A DNA stretch of 41,095 nt from Catajapyx aquilonaris (lineage: Eukaryota), in NCBI GenBank assembly GCA_000934665.2, contig KZ538902.1, positions 1-41,095 on the forward strand. Direction: 5' to 3'. Both the position numbers and the translations under genes were made by a program. The notes below the pieces were generated by a model that saw only the letters and a program-made list of their open reading frames with translations, was not told the DNA's origin and searched no databases. Positions 1 through 11,972 of this stretch are shown here, one piece after another. The stretch's first letter is position 1, and every line of letters begins with the position of its first letter.

Positions 1-92
1 GTTTCCGGACATGGGTTCCTATGTCAAAAATGTTTGTCTTGGTCCCCTCTATCACCCCTGCAAGTCTTTGCAGAGTTACAATAAACACCCTG
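1..92. mobile_element. Probable right end of a Tc1/mariner-type element (truncated by window edge)
   Basis: Ends in CACCCTG followed by TA (93-94), the terminus/TSD pattern of CAGGGTG-type Tc1/mariner elements; other end not visible. Confidence 0.4.
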
Positions 93-1572
93 TATATATA
101 GGCCTATACATGGGATGTCAGGAAATATATTTGGCCCCTAGTGAACCACCGAAATTCTAGACTACTTTTCACTTCAAGTGCCAGTGCATAAATTCAATAA
201 TTAAACTGCAACCTGCCCTTGATTATAGTGTTACCTCTTCGCCGACCTAGACCTTGAACTTTCTCATCCGTCGCCTAAAGCATTTGATATTTGTAGACAA
301 AAATCAAGTAGATTAATTAATTAAAACCCCTGCTTTATCTCGCCTGTTCTACCTTAAACGACAGAATTTTTGCTCTGGCTGCTTTAAATGTTACCAAAAA
401 TTAAAACTGTGAGCGACGGTACTTTCTTGTCAAACCGGTGCTCGTAATCAGATTTGAATAATTTCGCTCCGTTTTATTTTCCGTACACGTAAAAGGAAAA
501 GTGTAACTTTCTTCCTGACACGCGAAAGTCGGTGTCAGGTGTGCCATTACTTTCGTAAAAGAAAACCTGAACCTTGCCTTCGCATGTAACCTTAACCTTC
601 GCTTACACGGAAAACCAGAAACAAAAAACTATTTGGCAGTTCTACTAATCCCATTCTCGTGCATGTGACCCGATCTATAGAAATGCTATATATATCTGGG
701 AGGGCCAAGGATTGTGTTTTTTTCCCTTCATGTTACTAATTTTATAACTCACCTTGGTATAGTTAGAAATGTTTTGACAGTCTTCTGTATGGCAAAACGT
801 AACCAAACGCTTTGACACTCCCAGTTTCTTTATGAAATTATTATGAGTAGGTGGGATCCATTATTGGACCTTGTCACTTATTTAAGACACCTTCCTGATA
901 TTTCTGAGGCAGTTTTCGGAAGCCTCTTTCTTTAATAATTAGTTGAGTAGGCCCTATACCCTGGGGAAGATTAGTGTATAAAGCGTCGCCATATCGACAT
1001 GGCAACAGGCGGTGTATGCGTAATAGGTTTGTGCTCGCTCAGCTGGGTTACAACATGGATTAAACACATCCACAGAATTGCAATTAATGGCTGTGGCTAA
1101 TTAAGAATCGGCATTTCCAATTCGGTTGCTCTATACCCTAATTTAGAATATTGACACTAATATTTTCTCCAAACCGGTCAAAGCCTAACTCCGCATATGT
1201 ATTATGAACTTTAGCTGATGCAATTAAACAAACTGCAAATATACACAACGGCAGGAAAATACTGAGTCTATTTTATTTGTAGCATTGTTGACATATTGCA
1301 TGACTGTTTGGAGCGTTGCATGCAGCTTTTAATCCCATTTATGGCACAATTAGGGGCCATTTATGTTAGCACTCCACTCATTCTTTTCAACAGGGACCAA
1401 TTTTACACACCCAAAATGTTATGTTACATGTGCATCGAACTGTTCATAAATCCTATTTGGCAATTAAATCTGAGACAAAAAAAAAGCATTTGCATGTTGC
1501 TGCAATCAGTATTATAAAACACGTAACCCATACAATTATTGATAGGAGTGATCATGAATGAGAGTAACACGC

Positions 1573-1624
<52 letters not shown>

Positions 1625-1640
1625 GCTGTTGTTGTCGTTG
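1573..1640. repeat. (GTT)n microsatellite
   Basis: Tandem GTT run with two variant units at the right end. Confidence 0.97.
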
Positions 1641-2985
1641 CATCTATCAGCACTTGCCAAAGTTGAAGTCTTAGGTATGAAAGAATATTAGTGGTGGTGA
1701 GAGTGCATAGTTCCAGGATACAGATAAACATTTTTTTTGACAAATAGAATATGTGCAGAAATATAATGATCAATATCTAAACCAATGTCTGCCAAATGGC
1801 GGCCACGATCGTTCTGTATTTCATGTTTTCATAAGTATAAAAGTCAGTTTTGTAATGGGTGGCGGATTCGAGCATGATGCGTGATGCGTGAGGGGCGGCG
1901 TCTCGGTCATTACCTCTGGTAGTGCCTCACTCCAAGAGTTATTTACAGCTTGTTCCAAAGTGCTCGCAATTTTTGAAACACTTATTTCGGGCACATGTAA
2001 TCATTTTCATTTTAAAGCAATTATTTCAGGCGGTAGAGAAACGCTCAGCATTTCATTTTTTGGTCATTTCCTAACTGCTACAATATTATTGTAAGGTATA
2101 AGTTACATTGTGTTCCTCTGCCCAAGATGCCCAAGTTGTGACAAAGCACTATGTCGTAAATGTAATTATCTCGAGATAAAAAAAGTTCCTTGGTGGCCTT
2201 TGCAATAATTTGTGAAAATTAATTCTCTCTGTAGGCCTAAATAATAATTGTTACACTTCTGATGGAGAACTCTTAATTAATAATTATATCTTACTATGAG
2301 CTGATTTTTTTGTTTGTTTTACTGCTTAGGTTCCTGCGTAGGTCTACTTTTGAAGTCTACTTTTGTGGACGTAGAACTCATTCCTATTCACTGTCAATAA
2401 TGCAAATGTAAAAGCCACAAAATCCCTGCCATACACTCCTCACTAATTCATGATGTGGCCATGAAGCCTGAAGTATTTATGTTATGCTTACGAAAGTCCT
2501 ATCGTAATGATACCGGTACATGAGGATGTTTGAATTTCCCGCGCTAAAATGTGCAGAGTGAATTAATTTGACGGTCAAAATTCGGTTCAATATACTCCTG
2601 CCATCTCTTGGACGTTGACTAAACTACCATGACAACCCCACTATCCAGTGGGAGGGAGCCAAGTTGAGTCGAATTTGCCAAGGTCACGCGGTTGCCGCGT
2701 GATCTTTCATGTAAACAAACGCCTTGAGTTTGAGTACAGGGTGCCTGTAAAGTCTGGACCGTTGGCAGTTTCTCATAGTAGGCTACATTGTCGTGGTAAT
2801 ATTATGCAACCAGATGCAACCATAATAACCGTGTACTGTATAGTGTAATTACGCAAACTTGTTGGTCCTATGACGTTCTGAGAGCCAGACGATTCTTAAA
2901 AATATATTTCTGAACCACCCTGTAGATGTCATTCATTAATATCACTCCTACATTGAATTTTGGACCAAGAAATAGAACAAAGCCC

Positions 2986-2986
2986 C

Positions 2987-3051
<65 letters not shown>
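2986..3051. repeat. (CAA)n microsatellite
   Basis: About 22 perfect CAA units. Confidence 0.97.
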
Positions 3052-3224
3052 ACTTAGTTCATAATATGGCCTAGTTTGTACGTTTCGTGTCACACGATAA
3101 CAATTTAAATTCATATTGTAGAAGTTTTTAACATTTTAACATTTAACATTTTAAACAGATTTATATATGAGAAATTATTTAAGTTTTTAATTTTCTGTAA
3201 CATTCTCATCCATACGCCCGAAAA

Positions 3225-3301
3225 AGTAAACTTTTGTGCCTATTTGAGGATTTTTCGTGCCTATTTCGTGGGTTTTTTCGTGCCTAAAAATCCTGACTGT
3301 A
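3225..3301. mobile_element. Remnant end of a hAT-like element related in style to 33610-34263
   Basis: Three subterminal GTGCCTA(TTT) motifs followed by AAAATCCTGACTGTA, resembling the GCCTATTT repeats and AAATCCGTTCTCTA end of the 33610-34263 element; no matching left end found. Confidence 0.35.
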
Positions 3302-5791
3302 TATGTGTAGCACTCGTTTTAAAAAGCAGAAGAAGAAGCCGAGATTGATGTGTTGTAATATTTTCTGTAGCGCTTTTCAATTTTATTGGGGTTTAATGAG
3401 AGTAATCATTGCAATTTTGTACTCTTCAGAGAGGTGCAGTACATTAGATATGACCAGCCGTGACTTAAACGAACATGGCAGTCGAGCATGAAAATGAATC
3501 TCTACATCTGTAGGCAGTCATTCGTAAAGCTATTAATCTTTCTACATCTCCAACCATCTCTCAACCTGAAAGCCCCTCTGGCAAAAACTGGTCGAAATCG
3601 GTCGCATTTGGATGATAAAGTAAAACGTAGATCATCCTAATATTCTGACATCCATTTTACCTAAGCGTGCATATGGTATTATGAGTGAAAATGTCATCAA
3701 AAAGAAATATCCTAGGTGAACTATCATTAGGCCTATCACAAAGCGATCCCAACTATTATCAAAATGTTAATAGTAAAATCTTTTAGTAGTTACTGCCTTG
3801 TCAGCATAAATAATGACAGCAAGATCACTATCGAATGCTGTAAATGATTAGAATCCAGCACCATGACTAATGCATAATGCACCTTTTTTTTTCCTCTCCC
3901 GTGATACAAACCACGAACGGATGTGGAAAGGCAAATTGAGAAGCGAAGAGAGTTGAAATTGCAGGTGGATTTCGAGTTTGCTGGCAGCTGGGGCTTCATT
4001 TTCCTCTCTTTAACACAGCGATTGGCCAAACAACGGCACGGATGCATGGGTGCGCGTAATACCCAGGGATCAGGTCCCTTGTTACCGCCCAATCGGACAA
4101 AGTGGACCAATTATATAGCGTTATACCGTCATATAACTTGCCACATTGACGTCAGTTATTTTTTTTTAGCCTCGACAACAGCTACCCTGGTATGTGGGGC
4201 TTTGCTTTCTTAGAATTCAGAATTGAATTTCATATATACGGTATGTAAGTTATTATTGGATTCCAAAAAATCAACATACCCACATGATGGTGCGTGTCTT
4301 TTTCCCAATACCACAGCACAAACCCCTAGCGTCTGGTCATAGTTTGAAAAATGTTTCGATCGACTTGGGGTTTTTGTCTGTAAGGTGGTTTCTGTAGGTA
4401 TGCGACATGATATTGAATTTTGTGCCAAATACTTTTAAAAAATTAATGCCAAGGGATGTATTCACTTTTGGAATGTGGTAATAGGTACTTGTATGTAGAC
4501 GAAAAGACTAATAATTAAATATAATTATTAGAATCAAATATACATAAGCTAGGAGATTTAATGTAATTCATGTCTACAGTGTCAGTAGTTGCTAGGCCAT
4601 AGTCAAAGACCTCTTCTTGAACTAGAGATTCACAGCACAAACATGGACTAATGGCGCCCTTGCTCTACTTTTATGTGCAATAAATTGAGTCTGATTCAAC
4701 TCTCTGTCATGATTAATTAATAAGGCATTTATTAACAAATTGTGTTTTTTGAAAATAGTCTCACCGACTTCCTGCAATACAGCACCTGACAAGCGTCCGC
4801 ATCAGTCATTACTCATGCGGCATACACAGAGGCACAGAGATTATTCTTTTGTCAGGAATGAATCCGATTGCCTCTTCATGAATCACCCATGAGTAGGGCA
4901 CTAAAACTAATGAGACCTGACACACTCTGTTGTGATTAATTATATTGCACTGACCGACAAAGGCAACACTGCACAACTACTACGTCACTAAAATTACCCA
5001 ACACCTAATTGGCATAAGGACTTCTCCACTGCTTCTGGAACGCACATACATTACAGTACATACAGTATAGACTACAACAAACACTGGGGTGGTGGGGGGT
5101 GGGGTGGGGATAAGACATTGCACATGCACTTTACACAGTCACCATGCCCTTCAGCCCTTGGATCAGGGCGATTCATAAAAAGGTTCCAGCCATGTAAAGC
5201 CTGAAATAAAAAAGGATCTCCCAAAAGGGCCAATATGGCCCATCACAGGGTTTTAAAACCAAAATAAAAAATAAAAAATAGAGAAATGAACGACGAGGCG
5301 CGGAACCCTAATGCTGGATGTAGGCCGTTCCCGATCTCACAATAATACGATATTAGGTGCAGTAGTATATCCGAGTATATCCATCATTGAAAAGCAATGT
5401 TTGAATGTACTAATTGTCTACTTTGCTCGAAATTTGCTTGCCCCTAGGGAAGGCCATTCACTATGGACTATGTTAAAGAGTTAATCCATCCTCTGAAGCC
5501 ACTCATTTGCACTGACATGCCCTTTACAATTTTTTTAAAAATCCTTTGACGCAATGAGGCATTTCCATTTCTATTTGACCCTTAAGCCTCCAGACGGGCA
5601 TAATTTTGTGCTCCCGACATGCTTGGTATAATTAGGGTCACGTGTACTTTCTGATTAGGCCTACTATCTATGAGAGAATATTCTGGAGAATATTCTAGGT
5701 GCATTGAGCTGTGCTAGATGTGAAATTATACTATAGAAAAGCTACATTTTATCGAATAATTTATCATTGTAAAAATTCAATCAATTCATGC

Positions 5792-5945
5792 CAAGGGGGT
5801 AATCACTTCGGTACTCCGGTGTACACCTGCGAGTGGTACTCCCTGGTACTCCTCAGCTATACCTCACTCTTTATTACTCCTTGGCATATACTCCTTGAAT
5901 TTGGTACTCCAGTGTACACTTTTCAGTCGAGTGATTACCCCCTTG
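5792..5945. mobile_element. 154-bp MITE, 8-bp TSD (hAT or P superfamily)
   Basis: Perfect 16-bp TIRs CAAGGGGGTAATCACT (5792-5807) / AGTGATTACCCCCTTG (5930-5945); flanking direct repeat ATTCATGC at 5784-5791 and 5946-5953; internal (GG)TACTCC repeats. Confidence 0.9.
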
Positions 5946-6925
5946 ATTCATGCTCATTAAACACCTTAAACGACGCAACATTATTTTCCACAACCTCGTG
6001 GTCTTCTACTAATGAGTTGTATTATCTAGTATGGAAATCCTCTTATAAGGACGAACTCTGATAATTACTCGCAAGTATTGAGATCTCTTTTAGTTCTTAA
6101 TTAGACTCCTTAAACTTCATCTGCCAGTAGGATAACAGCATCCTCAGTAGCTTAGCATGATCTTTAGCACACTCAATTTTTTGTCATAAATTAAAATAAA
6201 TTTGTTACACCCTCTTAAGCTGCTATTAATTACGAAAGATAAAAGCTGAATTTTTCAGATTATGTCCATCTCACATGAGAGTATTTTCGCTCAGCCGGTA
6301 TTTAATCATATCACAGACCTTCATAAATTTGCAATTGTCAACCGCAGGCAAAAATTTATTGCTCCTAAAATTTTCATGGAGGCCAAGTCCTAATTAAACC
6401 AGTAGCTATTCGTGCCACGGGTGCTTTATTGGACTAGGGACAAGATTCATGACGAAGTGACGACGATCAATTTTCCACGCGAGAATATAGACTAATTCTC
6501 CACAACCTATTAGACTCCAATAATTGCGAGGACAGGTTTATGATGCCTAATTATTACGTTTTACATCGATAGCTATTCACGTCAAAGAGGCGCGAGCAGC
6601 CGATATTTTCCACGAATTTCGTGGGACACGGTGCGTTTTTTAAAGTAGGGTAAGCATGATTCACTGTATAGCCACTTCCGCAAAATGTGGGAGGCAATTT
6701 GGGTAAGCCCAAAAATATCTAATGTGAAAACCTTTCAAACCATTCGTCAGAAAATATATTAAAATCATTCCGCATCTGTTGTAAATCTGGTTTTAGATTC
6801 ACGAAAGGAGATGTCGCCCACGCCAGAATAATTCTCACGCACAGTGCTTCCGACAGGAATGGTATTGCCTCTAAAGGGCACCTTGCCTTTCAGTGTGTCG
6901 CACAAAAACCACTTTTCAAGACACG

Positions 6926-6927
<2 letters not shown>

Positions 6928-6997
<70 letters not shown>
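6928..6997. repeat. (GA)n microsatellite
   Basis: About 35 perfect GA units. Confidence 0.97.
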
Positions 6998-7001
<4 letters not shown>

Positions 7002-10000
7002 GTATTGTTCCCATTGTGTTCTTTAAAATAGCGGCCATTTCAGAGTTGAGTAAGTCTTCGTGTTCCATTTGCATACCTTGTAGCAAAGTCGTGTCTAGGG
7101 AGGTAAGCAACCGCTGCGGTGGGATCAAGATCCAACCTCTGACCCCTTGCTCTTTTCTACCTCTAAGTAGGCTAATTAGGGTTTCTTCATCGTGCAACGA
7201 CCCATCAGCCTACATCCGGATGTTGTGTAGTCAATCAGAACTCATCTAAAAGGTGGAACATACAGGTTACTTTTTGGATAAATAAGACCAAGTGGAAAAT
7301 GGAGCACCAATAATAATATTATTCTTTAGAGGACAGTTTTAATTAGCTGTTTTCACCAAACCATCCTATAAGGAATGACTATTCAATCGATGTGGTGGAA
7401 CATAACATGAAATACTGCAGTTAATAAGGGGTTCGTATAGTATTGATATAATAAAAAGGTGTAAATTTGTAAATAACAGTTAAACTTAAACTACAGTTTT
7501 CTTCTAGCTTCTATGTCACTTGTTACGAAGAGAATTAAATAGTGGCAGCTGCCCTGCCTGAACTCCTGAACGTATACAGTTTTACAAACAATAATATTCC
7601 ATAGTTTGTAGGAGGAGGTGCATAAACAGTAGGACGGACCCACTGCAAAAGCATAACGTTACTCGTTTACTGACGTATAATATGAGAAAAACTCACATCA
7701 GTCAGTCGTACTGTAAGCAGCGCTTTATGCAAATATTGTTTTACAACACAGAGCGGGTTGGGACATAGCAGTCTTTGTCAGAGCAATGACAAAAATGTTT
7801 TTGACAGCAGAGTAGCAAAGTCCTACTACATAATTATACAGTATGGTTACAATATACATTTTACAGATGTAAGTTATTATTGAAATTCAATTTCATAACA
7901 TGGGCTCTCTATGAACAATGTTTTTATCCCTGATAAATGAGCATCTACTCTGCTTAAATTATGATGAGACTGCTGAAATATTTGGAAGGCCTCATTATCA
8001 TATTCATATAGAAATTTAGAAATTATTAATTTTACCAAAAATAGACTAACTGAATAGATTTAGAAAAGCTGTCAAGTTGTTTTTATCCCTTAAATAACTA
8101 TTTTCTGGGTTATTTTTCATGCCATAAACAGATGGTTCATAAAATCGTCCATTTGAATACCATATCATCCAACGGCGCCATAATAAAAAAAATTCTCTCT
8201 CATCGGTTCCACTAGAAAATTCTCAAGTTCAAGGTCAGTTTTGTGGCATGTTTTAAGATAAGGATGACCGAGAAATGGATAAAAAAATATTTAGAGAAAG
8301 GTACAGGAGAGGCATGGTGGGGTATGGTGCTGGGGATGGGGGTAAGCTTTCTTGCCCTCGTTTTTTTTATGACGGTGTGGGAGAGGGGACGGGGGGTAAG
8401 AGGATGAAAGCCGCTCAGGTATGACAGAAAGGTAGACTCGAGCACTAGCATGCCGGAGGTCTTCACTTGGAAAAGTGGCAGTAGTTCAGTTGGATGAACG
8501 TTCCGGAGCCTCGACAACATTCCGAGGTAGGGTTATTTATGGCCTTCGATTTTTTTAAATTTCTAATCTGCGCAATACAATATTAGTTTCGTAGAAGAGG
8601 ATAGAACAGCCATTTTTATCTATACATGCCATTCTCTATAATAATGATTCCACGTAAATAATCAGGTTTGTCATATTCATTAGGCTGCAGCCTGCAGAAT
8701 TGGTCTCCGTTTTTTACCTCAGCCAAAATGATAAAAAATTAATTAAATTACTTTTCAAGTAGGCCTATGCAAAACCTATACATTCTACGAAATCCCGCAG
8801 TAATCATTCTCGAAATTACTGCAAAGAGCAGTTGAAGCAATAACTAATCTCTCGACTGATGACGGACCCTTCTCGTTGCGACTTACAATTAAAACCCTGC
8901 TTTAAAATAGCCAACCAGAGTACGACCTGGCCTAATAAAAAGGCAGCCTAATCTATGTCAGTCAGCTGCTGATTAAAGTGATTTCCGGGACTTTTTTTTA
9001 AAGGATCGATCCCAGCAGTTTAATTTCCAGATGGCGTGTCCAGTAGATCTTATACTACTCCAAACGTAAATAATCGCTCAATCTCAGTTTAGTGAATGGG
9101 GAGTAACCGTTCCATTTCCCCGAAATTATTCAAAGATTTATTTTATCATCTCTTGACATTCAACTTGAAGGCTGCTGGATTCAAGGCCACAGCATAACTT
9201 CCACGCAAATGGCAGAATTTTGACGTGTGTCCTAAATTGTTAACTACTGTAGTTTAGGATTATTTTTTTTACGAGTGACCGAATTTAGAATTATAGTTTC
9301 GTAGGCTGGCGTCTGTATGGTAGTAACGCGAGAATTACATCCACAGAACTTCTCACTGACCCATATAGAAATCCTGGTTATGTATATAAAAGCAACGGTG
9401 CCTTTTGAAGTGGGACACCATGCGCCATGTCTTACATTTCCCGGTCTGATTAGTTTATTTACGCAGGCAACACAGCTCTCTATCATCGCATGATTGGGCC
9501 TCACCCAGTGGATCATTTTGAAATATTTTCCAGTTGATACACTCTGGCAGGAATGTTGCGTGCGGTTTATATCACAATGCCAATATTTTGCACAATCATA
9601 TACGCAATGCGTGTTGTTATTTGCGTTGATCGGAACATTAATGTTGCAAGCTGTTTTTGTTGTTACACTGCCACACTTAATGGATGCTCTATAGATTTCT
9701 AGAGTAAACAAAGGTTTAACTGCGTACTCCAGCGGAGCAAACTGATGAGATTTGCAAAATTCGTGCTTTACTGATGTTGGTGAGAGGTTTCTAATGTAAA
9801 TATTTTATGCCAGCAAATTTTGAACAAACTGGTTGAATCTATTAGGCTGTGGCAACATAACTGAGCCACATCAGCTTACAACATACAGTATAACGGCATG
9901 GTGTATAGTGCATTATTTCAACACTGTTTTGGCTGTATCCCATAATTATGACAGTGTCGTGTATGTTATGTCAAGTAACTTACTGTACGTTTACACCCTA

Positions 10001-10024
10001 TATCAATACTCCTTCACGTCTAGC

Positions 10025-10075
<51 letters not shown>
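10025..10075. repeat. (TGA)n microsatellite
   Basis: About 17 perfect units, ending ~30 nt upstream of the acceptor at 10106. Confidence 0.97.
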
Positions 10076-10118
10076 CTTAATTAAATTTTATTTTAATATT
10101 TTTCAGTAGTTCTGGAGG

Positions 10119-10185
10119 ATGTGGTCAGCTCTAATTGGCTTCGTGTCGACAGGAGCCATACTATCTGTTGCTGTGGCATATCCAG
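10119..10185 (+). CDS. Coding exon 1 of FN3/ZP-N type I membrane protein: signal peptide MWSALIGFVSTGAILSVAVAYP
   Basis: Acceptor TTTTTCAG ends 10106 (implies an upstream non-coding exon); ATG at 10119; hydrophobic core with AVA cleavage motif; donor CAG/GTAGAG at 10185/10186 in phase 1, matching the next exon. Confidence 0.75.
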
Positions 10186-10244
10186 GTAGAGTATGGCGAA
10201 TAAGTAGCTACTTTGTCCACTTTCTAGACTACTTAACGGATAAA

Positions 10245-10246
<2 letters not shown>

Positions 10247-10324
<78 letters not shown>
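10247..10324. repeat. (TTA)n microsatellite
   Basis: About 26 perfect units in intron 1. Confidence 0.97.
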
Positions 10325-10325
<1 letters not shown>

Positions 10326-11399
10326 GATGAATTCCAAGTGCTTATATATTAATAATCTCGCAAGTACCTCCACAACCAAAATACACAATTAAAAATGAAG
10401 GGCAGATTTACTTCTAAACCAGATCTGTGGCATAATGTCGCCGTCAATCGAAAGTGGGGAGTTTATTTCGGCGTATAGTGTAGTTTTTCACATCTCCTTA
10501 ATGAGAATAGTAATATACCAAGTGTTGATAAACGATGTGAAGTTTTTGGCAATAAAGGCATTCGCATAATGCTACATTTAATCTGCTGAACAAAAAAGCT
10601 CAATTTGTCTTTCTTCATGCAGAGAATATTAATGCCCTTCAACTCTATCAGTTGTTGATTAATCCCACATTATTTCCCGCCTTTGGAAATAACCGATGCG
10701 GTATTTCTGAACGACCAAAAACTAGGCTGCAGGCACCTGGTGATGGATGAACATCTCCTTGAACAAAGTAGATCAACCTGCTACACTCCCTGCCATATTT
10801 GAAATCCCAAAGGTGCTAGAGGGGCGCAGAATTTGAAGGCCCCCTTATACGTGCTCGACTTTCGAACGTGGAGTCAGGGTCAGCTTAACCCTGGGTCAGA
10901 AGTGACTCGCTCTCGACCCGGGGTTGCGATATGCGGCGATTTGCGCCGTCATTATGTATACGAGCCTAAATGCTCGGTGATCGACCGGACTGGACTTTTG
11001 CACCCGATTCCCCTGCGATCCACACAAATTGCTCACTGGAGAGCAGTAGGCGCGTTTCCCAGTTCTAATATTAGTCTCCGTAAGATCTACGAAGAGACAT
11101 CGATTTTTTCCCACTCTCTTTCGCAGAAGACAAATATTTTTTGTGTTTGACGCCAGTGAACGTAAACAAACTAATCTGAAAAGTGACGTCATTATTTTCT
11201 CCTATAAGTGATTTTCAGAATTGTAAAATTAATGACGATATAATAATTATAATTGGTTGATATTATTGTAACAAAAAAGAAAACAAAGGAAATTGTTAGA
11301 ATGTCACCCTCAATCATGTCTTACATATTATAATTATTTATTTGAGTAAAAGTAGCCTTCTCCTAGGAGTCAAATAACGCATAAGGAATTCACTCTCAG

Positions 11400-11545
11400 C
11401 AGATGTGGGTGATCTGAGTGCAGATGCCGGCTTTAAACGAGTGCTTCTCCACTGGCGCTACGAAGAATACCGACCTCCAAACTACGACTTCCACATCCGC
11501 TACTGTGAGCTACAAGTCTGGGGTAACCATCGCTGCAGGACAAAG
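11400..11545 (+). CDS. Coding exon 2: N-terminal half of FN3 domain (DVGDLSADAGFKRVLLHWRYEEYRPPNYDFHIRYCELQVWGNHRCRTK)
   Basis: Tandem acceptor CTCAG|CAG| (11399 or 11402, both phase 1); open frame with FN3 B-strand VLLHW and C-strand FHIRY; donor AAG/GTAAAA phase 0. Not in the ORF track. Confidence 0.85.
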
Positions 11546-11888
11546 GTAAAAAGAAGGGGAAAGAGACACCGGATGTAATGTAGGCTAGTGCTAAAGGAGG
11601 AAGCTTCTTCCTGCTGCCTCCGGTAAATCCCTTCCGTTGGAAAAAGATGTCATCCAGCAGAGAGAACTTCCTGAAAAATATTCCGCGTTACGGCGTCATC
11701 TTGCTTCTGGGTAAGCTTTTACCCACAGTATATATTTACGACAGCAGACGAACAGCATGGAAACGCAAGACTATAAACTGTGCTGTGCTTACTTGTTGGA
11801 ACATGGTGACGCACAAAGTACAGTCTTAATGATATGGTTTCATATTAATGTGAATATCCGTTTTGGACTTGATTATTTTGCCAAGACC

Positions 11889-11972
11889 GGCATTTGTCCC
11901 ATTTAGAATTTGTCCCGAGGGCCACCAGGCGGCGCACATGGGCAGGGACAAATTCCAAATGGGACAAATGCC
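11889..11972. repeat. Inverted repeat (28-bp arms, 28-bp spacer), probable MITE core
   Basis: GGCATTTGTCCCATTTAGAATTTGTCCC vs reverse complement of 11945-11972, 27/28 identical. Confidence 0.85.

Noticed and set aside
1424..1773. Poly-N and poly-T ORFs (also poly-L 2929-3114, ER/SL repeats 6844-7249, poly-Y tail of 10119-10325)
   Set aside because: Translations of microsatellites; no splice or domain support.
2737..2922. TA-CAGGGTG ... CACCCTG-TA as one Tc1/mariner MITE
   Set aside because: Inverted match is only 7 bp; probably ends of different decayed elements.
5946..6185. Protein-like minus-strand frame interrupted by the MITE
   Set aside because: Three stops in ~80 codons is near the random rate; no recognisable motif.
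9383..9392. TATATAAAAG as the gene's TATA box, with possible donor at ~9780
   Set aside because: No convincing initiator at the expected distance; cannot be placed without transcript data.
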